A stretch of DNA of 64,000 nt from Piromyces finnis finn (lineage: Eukaryota > Fungi > Neocallimastigomycota): contig MCFH01000012.1 in assembly GCA_002104945.1 (NCBI GenBank), forward strand, positions 310,001 through 374,000. Reading direction: 5' to 3'. Shown here in pieces: positions 45,958-56,662 of the stretch; the stretch's first letter is position 1, and every line of letters starts with the position of its first letter. Position numbers and translations under genes: made by a program. Below the pieces are notes generated by a model. The model had not been told where the DNA came from. It saw only the letters and a list, made by a program, of their open reading frames with translations, and did not search any database.

Positions 45958-46898
45958 TGTAGTAATTTCTTATTATTGTTTACAGAAATTACTATCTACA
46001 ATAATATTAACGAATAATATTGTAGTATTATTATGCGGAAATAAGAAGTATTGAACAAATTAGAATAGAAAATAGAAAGTAAAAATAAAACTTATCGAGT
46101 TTATTATAAAGATTTATAATAAATAACCAAACACAAAGAGTCAAATGGGTCGTAAGTTTTTTTATTTAAATTACTGATTTATTAGAAGGATATTTTATTT
46201 AATTAAAAAGAAAAATGTATTTATGTCATTTATTATAACGTATTCCTTTATAATAATAACTCTTGAATTTCTAAGGAATTTCAAGAGTGTTTTATTTATA
46301 ATTTTATTAAAAAATAAGGTTAAATAAACGGGTTCTAATCTTAACAAATAAAATGTTTAGGAAAAGACTAGAAGAAAAACCTAAACATGATTTTCGATCA
46401 ATATTCTAGTCATATTGATCTTCGTGTAATTTTAAGTAAAACCGAATGCTTCTTTAAAGCGAAATCGGGAAAACCTTAAAATTCCGATTCCTATTTTATC
46501 CGTGCTTAATACAATACATAAAATATAATTAATACATAATTTAAAACAATAAGTGTAATGAATATAGTTAGTCAAAATTAAATGTATAAGATAAATAATA
46601 AGTAAGTAAATTATTTATATTAATTAAATGTACATAAAAATTAATAATTAAATAAATTTATAAAGTTAATTAAATATATAAGAATATAGCAAGTAAATAA
46701 ATTTTATATTTTATATAAGTGTATATAAAATTAATATTTTAAGTAAATCATAAGTATTAACTAAATGAATGAAATATTAAATAATTTAATAAATTATTAG
46801 TAATAGTTGAATGTATAGAAAATAATAATTTAAATAAATTTGTATTAAATAATAAGAAATAATAATTATTCAATTATGAATAATTAATATTTCTTACA
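45958..46898 (-). mobile_element. Solo F LTR (941 bp)
   Basis: About two substitutions versus the F LTRs; TSD ATGTG at 45953-45957 and 46899-46903. Confidence 0.95.
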
Positions 46899-47457
46899 AT
46901 GTGATACGTTACCTCTATAAAAATAAGAAATTAGCATAAATTCTAGGTAAAAAGTAATTTAGGTTAGAAAATAGTAATAATATAATATTGTAGAATAAAT
47001 TATTAATGTACATTAATGTACATAGTCAATAATAGTAATAATAATTCTAATAATATAGCGGAGTTATAGGAAAAATGATATAAAAAATAGTATAAAAAGA
47101 ACAAAGAAAAAAAAAAGAAGGGAATAATTAGAAAAGAAGAATATTTTGGAAGAGAATTATTTAAAGGAGTTAAATAATTCTATTAGGTTATATTATTTGT
47201 TATTAAATATAAATTATTCTTATTCTTTTAATTGTAAAAACCTTTCATTCATTAATTATAAATAAAGATTGAAGATATAACAAAAATATTATATAAATTA
47301 CATGTTTCTTTCTTTCTATTTTATTTATTAAAAGTATTGAAATTGTTATTATTAACTTCTTTTATTAGAATATATTATTTTATAATTCCCTATTTGCTTT
47401 GTCCTAAAATAAATAAATTATTTTGTGGTACTTTATGAAAATATTGTATCATAATTT

Positions 47458-47474
47458 TGGTGGAGAATCCGGGC
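47458..47474 (+). promoter_or_regulatory. PBS of G, complementary to a tRNA 3' end (probably tRNA-Ala)
   Basis: TGGTGGAGAATCCGGGC; its reverse complement ends ...TTCTCCACCA, as recalled for eukaryotic tRNA-Ala. Confidence 0.75.
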
Positions 47475-47730
47475 GAAGCAAAATAAAATAATATGAAAAT
47501 AATAAAGAAAAAGAATTATAATAGTTTCGTAATACTTTATTTAATTTAAATATTAATATTAATTTTATAAGTTTAATTATCTTTATATATATATTTTAAC
47601 ACTTACTTTATAAAAAAAAAAAAAATTTTCTTAAGTAATCTCATTATAAATAATTATAATTTTTTTTGTTTAATTACTTTTTATTATATAAAAAAATAAT
47701 ACACATACATATATATTTATAACAATAATA

Positions 47731-47761
<31 letters not shown>

Positions 47762-47814
47762 AAGAAAATTTAAATAAGCATATATTTGAAATTTGTTTTT
47801 TTTTTTCTTCAAGT

Positions 47815-48928
47815 ATGTTTGACGCTATCAAATTACAGAGAGCTTTACCTCTTCTTATAAATTATGGGAGAGATGTTGAAAGCTGGATCTCTGATTTTAA
47901 AAGAATCATGAATCTTCATGATATTGTGGAACCAAGGAGAATATTTACTTGGTCTAAGGAAGCTGTTGAAGAAGATATTCAGGGAATGTTGGATACTTTA
48001 GTTAAAGAAGATAATAATGGAACATTAACATATCCAACTTTAAATGAAATAAAAAAGGCTATTGAGAAACACTTAAAAATAACTGATTCAGATAAATGTT
48101 CTATATTAAAAACCTTAAGAATTAATAATGAAGAAACCATTAAAAAGTTTAATTTTAAATATATGAAGTTATGAAAACTTGAATGAAGATTATAAAAAAT
48201 TAATTGTTGTTAAAGATTACACTAACTCAATTAATACTCGAGTTTTTCATTGCTCAAGAGTTATGACAGCCCAATGTCAAACTTTGGAAGATGCTTTTAA
48301 AGTGGCTGAAATTGCTGAAGAAACTGAAAAAGAAATAATGAATGGAACGATGCAAGTAAATATGAATTCAGGTCATAATGTAATGTTCACACAATCCTCT
48401 ATTAATAATTATAATAACCCGTTATTGAATCATCCGATTTATGGAAACTTTCAGGTAGCCCAAACATATACTGGTGGTAATTCAATGAGTTATAATCCAA
48501 ACCCTTATAATACTTCAAATCAAAACAATTATGGTTATAATTATAAAAGATATGGAAATAATGGTGGAAATAATTATTATAAAAAAAATAATAATCTAAT
48601 TCACAATACTAGATATGGACAATCCAATGTTATGATGATTGGAAATAATTCATCATATAATAATTCAACTAATCCATATACCAATAATAATCAAATAGGA
48701 AACTCAAACTTCAATAACAAAAATAGCCACAAATTCAACAATTATCAAAATGGAAATAACCAACCCAATAATACCCACAATAATAATAATTCTTTCACTA
48801 AAGGAAACAAAGATATAATTTGTTTTAAGTGCAATCAATTAGGTCATAAGTCTCACAATTGCCCTTACAGTTATGAACAATTATTTGAAATGGAAAAGAA
48901 AGGAATGTTAAAGAAGCCTTTAAACTAA
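47815..48928 (+). CDS. gag: Gag of G, interrupted by one frameshift near 48170; Asn-rich region and CCHC knuckle
   Basis: ORFs 47815-48174 and 48179-48928 abut in different frames; CFKCNQLGHKSHNC. Confidence 0.8.
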
Positions 48929-51900
48929 TTAGTGGAAGAAGGACAACTTCCATTAATCAAACCAATTTAAATGATAATAAACGAAATATAAATCATAATA
49001 ATAATAATAATAACTTAATGACCATTGTTACTAATAACAATGATAATAACATTTATAATAATGTGAACACTAATAGAAATTATAATAATAATAATGATAA
49101 TAATAGTAATAGTATCAATAATAATAATAATTTCAACGTGGATGATTCTTTATTAAACAATAATAATGATGTGTACATACCAGAGTTTAATTCAATAAAT
49201 GATAAAATTTCCTATAATATAAATTATGAGAATGGTAATCCCTCTAATTTAATGGTAGCTGTACGTAAAGGAAAAGAAAAGAATAAAAATAAGAATCTAC
49301 CTTATATCGATGCCACTCACAAACCAAAGTTAAAGGATAATCCAAAGCCCATTCTAACAGATGCCATGTTACACAATAACAAGTTACCTGAGTTGAGGTT
49401 TCCTAATGCAAGTAAAAATGAACAAATAACTAGTGATAACATGGGTAGTTCCAATATCACTGATAATGATAAATTTAATAAAATAAATATTCAAGAAGAT
49501 AAAAGTAATAAAAATGATGAAGACTTACTACCTGAGAATGATTCTAGAGATGAAGAAATGTTTATGGAAGAAGATATGGAATCTACAGCTGAATCATTGG
49601 AGTTGAATGTACCTAATGAAAAGGATCACGATAAGGAAGATGTTACATTAAATAGTGGTACAAAAATATTAAAGAATAATAAGAAAAAGAATAAAACAGA
49701 AAAATTAAATTACCTAATTCCATCTTTTATTACTGAAAAGAATATAAGTAATGTTAAGAAACAAAATAAAAGAGAAAAATTAAAAGAAATAAATGAGAAA
49801 ATTAATAAGAAGATAAATTCTGAACCTAAAGAACAAGAGAAATCTACTGAACAGAATACATCTAAAGAGCGGCATATAAATCTTATGGAAGACTTTGAAA
49901 AATATTATATTCAGGATTTAGTCAAAGAGGTGGCATCTACCGAGGTTATGACTAAATTAGCCTATCTTCTTGATCTATTCCCTAAGTTTAGGACGGAATT
50001 TCTAAAAGCTCTTAAATTAACACCTAAACAGACCATTACCAATGTAATGACTGTAATTAGTAGAAATAAAATAATTAAAGTTCATGGTAAAGTAGAAAAT
50101 ATTAATTGTGAAATTTTTCTGGATACTTGTGCTAGCGTAAATATAATTACACGCTCAGCTTTAAACAAATATAATATTAACAAACCTGCTATCGGAAGGA
50201 TTTCAGAAACCATTTTCCAAGCTTATTCTAATTCAACTACTGATACGGATATTTATGAGTTGGAAATATCTATTGGAAACAAAACTTTCACTGATTTCTT
50301 TAGGGTTATTGATAAGGATGATTTATTCGATATTTTAATTGGTGTTGATTCATTGAAAAGAAATAGATTTGATATAAATTTAGTAACAGACTCATTATTT
50401 TATGTTGATAACAATAATAATTACCTTAAATTGGCTGATTTATTATACGATATTAAACCTGCAGTAGTTACTCAGAATATGGATCAACGTGTTGAAGATT
50501 CGAACCCTATCTTGTTAACTATGACTGTTAGTAATGATAATGATAAAGCACACAATACATTCGTTATGAAAAGGAATTATATTAATGAAATTATAAATAC
50601 TATACCAGAAGAATATAAAAATTTAGTTTTTGATTTGTTTACAAAATTTGAAAGTGTTATTGCTACCAGTACTGATGATTTAGGTCAATCTCTATTGCTA
50701 CCACATAAAATTGAATTGAAGCCGGATGTCCTTCCTATCAAACAGCGGGCTTATAGATTATCAAAATCTCAAACGGAAGCCTTGAAGAGTGAATTAACTA
50801 AGCTTATTAATAATAAGCTTATAGAACCGTCTAGTTCTACTTGGTCATCGCCGGTGGTGTTAGTTCCTAAAAAGAATAACAAATGGCGCATGTGTGTAGA
50901 CTATCGCCGTTTAAATAATGTTACCATTAAAGACTCATACGCATTACCATTAATTGATGATATTTTTTATTTTATTAATAGAAACTCTAAAATACTTACT
51001 ACATTAGATCTTTTTTCGGGATACCACCAAATCCCCATGCATCCAAATGACAGAGAAAAAACAGCTTTTACTACCATGTTTGGTAATTATAATTTTAGGG
51101 TGATGCCCTTTGGATTATGCAATGCCCCTGCTACATTTCAAAGGGAAATGAACAGGATTTTTTTTGATTTAATTGGCACTTGCATGTTTATCTATATTGA
51201 TGATCTTATTGTATTTTCTGAATCGTTGGAATCCCATGTTGAAGATTTATCCAAAATATTTAAAATATTAAAAGATAACAATTTAAGAATTAATATTGAG
51301 AAGTGTTCATTTTTTAAAACTGAGGTAGAATTATTAGGTCATATACTTACAATAAATGGTATTTCTCCAATTCCTAATAAAATTAGTGTGATCTCTAACT
51401 GGATACCACCAAAGAATGTAACCCAAGTTAAATCTTTCCTGGGAGCCATAGGTTACTATCGGAAATTTATTAAGAACTTTGCTCAAATAGCAAAACCTTT
51501 ATTCAACCTTTTGAAGAAGGACGTTCCTTTTGTTTGGACTGAGGAATGTAACTCGGCATTTGAAGATCTCAAAGGTAGATTAATCTCAGCGCCTATTTTA
51601 TCTGCTCCTGATTATTCCAAGCCATTTATAATTAGGACGGATGCTTCCAGAGATGGGTTAGGGGGTGTCTTATTACAAAGTATGGATGATAAGACTGAAG
51701 TTCCAATCTATTTTGAGAGTAGGTCTTTATCTTCGTCGGAAAATAACTACAGTATCACGGACTTAGAGGGAAAAGCTGTCGTTCATTGTGTCAAGAAATT
51801 TAAACCCTTTATTACTGGAAACTCAATGGTTACTACGGTAATTACGGATCATAAGCCTCTTGTTGGTATCTTCGGGAATAGAGAACCTACTAATAGTCGT

Positions 51901-53253
51901 CACCTTAAGTGGGTTATGGAACTGTCTATTCTTAACGTGGAAGTTCGATTTGAAGAGGGGAAGAGAAATGTCATTGCGGATGCTTTATCTAGATTAAAGA
52001 CAAAATCGCAGGAACATACAGAAGATAATTTGGATTGTAATGAAGTGGTTAATATTATATGTAATAATAATAGAATTAATAATCAAAATATTAATAATTT
52101 TATGGAGGAATATATCAATAAAAGAATAATTAATATTGATGGTATTAAATATTACAAGCAAGGAGAGAAGCTCAGAAAAATCATTGAGGATATAGAGACC
52201 CAAGTTCAGTTGATAGAAATGGCACATAGTATTGGTCACGAAGGTACTTTCAAAACCTATAACAGGTTAAAAAGAGATTATTATTGGACGCATATGAAAG
52301 AAGACGTAGTAAATTATATTAAATGTTGTTACCGTTGTCAAACACGTCGACCACAATCATTAAATAAAAACTCAGAAGATATAGCTACTCCTCCTGGATA
52401 TCCTTTTTCCAGAGTTGGTTTAGACTTGATCGGGCCTCTTCCTAGAACAAAAAATAATAATAAATATATAATTGTATTAGTAGACTATTTAACAAAGTGG
52501 GTAGAAGCTGAACCATTAGCCACTTCAGAGTCAGAGGATGTAATAAACTTCTTAAAAAGAGTATTTGCTAGACATGGAGTTCCGGAAATTCTAGTGACGG
52601 ATAATGGACCTCAATTTACATCGGACAAAACAAAGGCTTTTCTGGATCTTCATGATGTTTATGTGCAATACATTACTACTTATCACCCAGCTTCTAACGG
52701 TGAAGTAGAAAATAGAAACAGAGAGATCGGGAAATATTTACGTCTTTTAGGAGAAAATACGGACGACTGGGATGAAACACTTTATAGTGCTCTTTGGGCT
52801 TTAAGGACATGCAAGAATGAAGTAACTAAATATAGTAGTTTTGAACTACTCTATGGTCGAAGAGACTTACAACCTTTTGAATTATCAATCAATATAGAAA
52901 AACGAAATGAACAAGAATCAGATGAGGAATATTGGCTACGTAAGTTTATCACACATGATAAATGGATTCGCGAAGCCATAAATAATATAGAAACAGCGAA
53001 TAAATTATGGGAAGATCGCCGAAAACAAATTAAAAGAATGAAAAGTAATTACAAACCTGGGGATTTAGTCTTAATAAAGTTATTCAATAGGAGAAAGTTA
53101 GACCCATACTTTACCGGACCATTACGTGTTGTTAAGAAAGAGTTGAATACGGTAACGGTATGTGATCCTGTTACAGGTGAGATAGCAGAAAGAAACATTC
53201 ATTTAAAGAATGTTATTCCCTATATCACCGAGATTAACTTAGACAATGAATAA
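48919..53253 (+). CDS. pol: Pol of G in the -1 frame (PR, RT, RH, IN; no chromodomain)
   Basis: The frame is open from at least 48901. FLDTCAS protease, YIDD, RTDAS, H-H-C-C, LDLIG...TDNG...EVE; ends VIPYITEINLDNE-stop. Confidence 0.93.
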   Translation, partial: FKLISGRRTTSINQTNLNDNKRNINHNNNNNNLMTIVTNNNDNNIYNNVNTNRNYNNNNDNNSNSINNNNNFNVDDSLLNNNNDVYIPEFNSINDKISYNINYENGNPSNLMVAVRKGKEKNKNKNLPYIDATHKPKLKDNPKPILTDAMLHNNKLPELRFPNASKNEQITSDNMGSSNITDNDKFNKINIQEDKSNKNDEDLLPENDSRDEEMFMEEDMESTAESLELNVPNEKDHDKEDVTLNSGTKILKNNKKKNKTEKLNYLIPSFITEKNISNVKKQNKREKLKEINEKINKKINSEPKEQEKSTEQNTSKERHINLMEDFEKYYIQDLVKEVASTEVMTKLAYLLDLFPKFRTEFLKALKLTPKQTITNVMTVISRNKIIKVHGKVENINCEIFLDTCASVNIITRSALNKYNINKPAIGRISETIFQAYSNSTTDTDIYELEISIGNKTFTDFFRVIDKDDLFDILIGVDSLKRNRFDINLVTDSLFYVDNNNNYLKLADLLYDIKPAVVTQNMDQRVEDSNPILLTMTVSNDNDKAHNTFVMKRNYINEIINTIPEEYKNLVFDLFTKFESVIATSTDDLGQSLLLPHKIELKPDVLPIKQRAYRLSKSQTEALKSELTKLINNKLIEPSSSTWSSPVVLVPKKNNKWRMCVDYRRLNNVTIKDSYALPLIDDIFYFINRNSKILTTLDLFSGYHQIPMHPNDREKTAFTTMFGNYNFRVMPFGLCNAPATFQREMNRIFFDLIGTCMFIYIDDLIVFSESLESHVEDLSKIFKILKDNNLRINIEKCSFFKTEVELLGHILTINGISPIPNKISVISNWIPPKNVTQVKSFLGAIGYYRKFIKNFAQIAKPLFNLLKKDVPFVWTEECNSAFEDLKGRLISAPILSAPDYSKPFIIRTDASRDGLGGVLLQSMDDKTEVPIYFESRSLSSSENNYSITDLEGKAVVHCVKKFKPFITGNSMVTTVITDHKPLVGIFGNREPTNSRHLKWVMELSILNVEVRFEEGKRNVIADALSRLKTKSQEHTEDNLDCNEVVNIICNNNRINNQNINNFMEEYINKRIINIDGIKYYKQGEKLRKIIEDIETQVQLIEMAHSIGHEGTFKTYNRLKRDYYWTHMKEDVVNYIKCCYRCQTRRPQSLNKNSEDIATPPGYPFSRVGLDLIGPLPRTKNNNKYIIVLVDYLTKWVEAEPLATSESEDVINFLKRVFARHGVPEILVTDNGPQFTSDKTKAFLDLHDVYVQYITTYHPASNGEVENRNREIGKYLRLLGENTDDWDETLYSALWALRTCKNEVTKYSSFELLYGRRDLQPFELSINIEKRNEQESDEEYWLRKFITHDKWIREAINNIETANKLWEDRRKQIKRMKSNYKPGDLVLIKLFNRRKLDPYFTGPLRVVKKELNTVTVCDPVTGEIAERNIHLKNVIPYITEINLDNE

Positions 53254-53269
53254 ATGTACAGGTGGAGCT

Positions 53270-53273
53270 GATA

Positions 53274-53309
<36 letters not shown>

Positions 53310-53312
53310 TAC

Positions 53313-53345
<33 letters not shown>

Positions 53346-53348
53346 TAC

Positions 53349-53402
<54 letters not shown>

Positions 53403-53405
53403 TAC

Positions 53406-53466
<61 letters not shown>

Positions 53467-53490
53467 AATAATAATAATAATAATAATTAA
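53270..53490 (+). repeat. Compound microsatellite [(AAT)n-A(n)-TAC] x4 in the G 3' untranslated region
   Basis: Directly visible repeat units. Confidence 0.95.
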
Positions 53491-54265
53491 TAAGTTTATA
53501 CATACATATACACATCCATTCATATCCTTAATAATAAGATAAATTAAATTAGTTACAATCATCTACATATATGAAGTGTATAGGATAAAATAATTCAATT
53601 ATGAGTAACCTAAGAGTATAGAAACACAATATAATTAAATAATATATATCCTCATTATATATAATATATAGATATAGGAAGTATAAAAAAAATAAAATAA
53701 TTAAATTATAATAATATAGGATTATTTATATATCATCTATAAAAATCAGAATATGATAATAGATATGGATTCAAATAAATGAATATAGTAAATGAATAAT
53801 AATAATAATAATAATAGTTATAATATAATTTAAGTAGAATTTCTATATGAACATATAAAAGGAGCATATGAATATACATACATAAAGTAGAAATAATGAG
53901 AGAATTAAATAGTACTAATATATATATATAAACAACGGATATATGTAGAATAAAATATAATATGTATTATAAATCAAAATGAAATCATCAAATTTCCAAT
54001 TAGAAAATATAGAAATGTAAATTGTGAAATTCATCTAGCAAATTCTAATTTATAAATATAATAATAATGATATATATATGATAATAAAATAATAAAGATA
54101 ATAATATAAATAATATATAAATTAATAATTAATTATGTTTATTCATTAACTAAGACAAGAAAAATACATATATATGTGAAGACTAGATAAAAACGTAACA
54201 TTTAATTTCACATTCTTTATATATATAAAGCATATAAAAAAAAAACAGAATTTTTTTAACTTACC

Positions 54266-54296
<31 letters not shown>

Positions 54297-55043
54297 ATAT
54301 TTTAGATTTAAATAATAAAAATAAAAAAAAATATAAATTTTTTTTCATTTATTAGGACATTATTTTATAACAAAAATTAATAATTATAATCTAGGTAATA
54401 TCAATACAACTATTAGTAATTTATTTAAAATGTAAACGGTAAGTTTAAGACTTCAAGGGACGAAGTCTAGACTAAGTGAGGGCGTTTTGATACGTTACCT
54501 CTATAAAAATAAGAAATTAGCATAAATTCTAGGTAAAAAGTAATTTAGGTTAGAAAATAGTAATAATATAATATTGTAGAATAAATTATTAATGTACATT
54601 AATGTACATAGTCAATAATAGTAATAATAATTCTAATAATATAGCGGAGTTATAGGAAAAATGATATAAAAAATAGTATAAAAAGAACAAAGAAAAAAAA
54701 AAGAAGGGAATAATTAGAAAAGAAGAATATTTTGGAAGAGAATTATTTAAAGGAGTTAAATAATTCTATTAGGTTATATTATTTGTTATTAAATATAAAT
54801 TATTCTTATTCTTTTAATTGTAAAAACCTTTCATTCATTAATTATAAATAAAGATTGAAGATATAACAAAAATATTATATAAATTACATGTTTCTTTCTT
54901 TCTATTTTATTTATTAAAAGTATTGAAATTGTTATTATTAACTTCTTTTATTAGAATATATTATTTTATAATTCCCTATTTGCTTTGTCCTAAAATAAAT
55001 AAATTATTTTGTGGTACTTTATGAAAATATTGTATCAGATGTG

Positions 55044-55843
55044 TGTAAGAAATAATAATTATTTGATACATAATTAATATTTCTTAGTTAAAATCATTAA
55101 TTATTAATCATTAATTAATGTTAATAATATTAGTTTATTTAAATAATTATTCTCATTTAAATTTATTTTAATTATTTATTTTCACTTAATTTTAATATCT
55201 TAAATTACATTTAGCCATTTAATTATATTATTCATTAATATTTTATTTAATATTTTTATTAATTATATTTATGCATTTAACTAATTAATTTAATTAATTA
55301 CTTTTATTTAACTTTATATTTTTATCAAATATATTTAATTATTTATTTAATTAATTACTTTAAAATAATTATTCATTGTTTAGGAATCGATATTTTAAGG
55401 TTTTTTCCAATTTCTAAAATAATTGGTTTTACTTAAAATATACGATGATCAATATGTATAGAATGTTGATCGAACTTTGTTTAGGTTTTTCTTCTAATCT
55501 TTTCCTAAACAAAAAATTATTTTGTTAAGATTAGATAAAATTTTAATTTAAACTTTAAATTTATTAAATAATATAAATAAAGACTCTTGATTCCCTTCTA
55601 AGAAATCAAGAGTTATTATTATAAGAAACAAATTATAATAATAAAAGCGTTTTTAATTTTATTTTACTTAACTTAGTTATAATAAAACATATTAACTTAT
55701 TAAAGTGTAAAATTATTTCTACTCTTATAATAAACTCGAACTTAAAGATAAGTATTAATATTTATTTTCTTTTTATTCTCAATTTATCAATAAATTGTAG
55801 TTAATAATTCTATTATATAATAATTTATAATGGAATTATTACA
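55044..55843 (+). mobile_element. Solo LTR F2 (800 bp), diverged relative of F, opposite orientation
   Basis: TGTAAGAAAT...ATTATTACA; shares GATCAATATG...TTGATCGAA and CAAGAGTTATTATTATA blocks with F; TSD ATGTG at 55039-55043 and 55844-55848. Confidence 0.9.
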
Positions 55844-55846
55844 ATG

Positions 55847-56649
55847 TGATAAATAATGAAATTAATAAATATAAAATTATTATTAAACCTGATTTTTAAG
55901 TTAACCCTAAAAGTAACTTAAAATAAGTTATAGTTTAATTAAGTACTTTACCAAAATTCTTAAATAAAATTAATCCTAAACACTGCATATATTTTGATTA
56001 TTGAAAGAAAATAATAAACTTTAATTAATCGAGATCAAAATATATAACTTTTGTTAAATTAATTGTTAAATTAAATATTTAATAACTTCGTTAGTAAATT
56101 ACACTTTAAAAGTAAACAAATATAATAATTCATGTTATAAAATAATATAATTAAACACCTTTATTAAAACATTAAAAATAATTATTACTTTAATTAATTG
56201 TAAAATAAACAACTTTTTATATTCTTTAACTTTTAATTATTTCTTTTATTGTTATTTCTAATTACTTTTATTGTAAATAGTTATTAATTTTATTGTTTTA
56301 ATGTAAATAGTTTAAATTTAAAAGAAAATATAAATACATGTAAATATTCTTATTTTAATCATCATTATTATTATTAATAAAGAAATATTATATAGTTAGA
56401 TTAATATTTTATAATTTTAATAATCACTTTTATACTTAAATAAATAAAAATTTTAAATATTTAAATATTAGAAAAACAAGTGTTTCTAATAAAACAATTT
56501 AGTGTTTTAACAAAACGATTTTATTAATTTTTATAAAAACGATTTTAAATCTTAATCAATATAACTTATATAGTTATAACAAAAGATATAATATAATAAT
56601 CACTTTTTGAAGTAAAATTCAAAATTAAGATTATTATCAAATTATATCA
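55847..56649. mobile_element. Solo LTR-like element X with TGATA...TATCA ends
   Basis: Fills the gap between F2 and the resumed D LTR; right flank TAGA matches 38624-38627; no second copy in the window. Confidence 0.62.
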
Positions 56650-56662
56650 TAGATTCGTTACA

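Larger units (their letters stand above)
46902..55037 (+). mobile_element. Full-length Ty3/Gypsy element G; LTRs 46902-47451 and 54488-55037 (550 bp each); 4-bp TSD GATG
   Basis: TGATAC...GTATCA LTRs with no differences seen by eye; tRNA-type PBS; PPT-like AAGTGAGGGCG at about 54474-54484. Confidence 0.95.
32740..56662 (-). mobile_element. Chromovirus D: 3' LTR 32740-33246; 5' LTR 38129-38627 plus 56650-56662, split by an 18 kb insertion stack
   Basis: The missing LTR end TAGATTCGTTACA reappears at 56650-56662. TSD TGCAG/GGCAG (4 of 5). Host H2 reads continuously ...SPCKDISA|FRLCDDTGLLWYK across the element. PPT GGAGGAGGACCA at about 33247-33260. Confidence 0.9.

Noticed and set aside
53234-53562. 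Three short ORFs with poly-Ile/Leu/Asn/Lys
   Set aside because: They are translations of the (AAT)n/poly(A) microsatellite.
53254-54487. env-like third ORF in G
   Set aside because: No long non-repetitive ORF in any frame.
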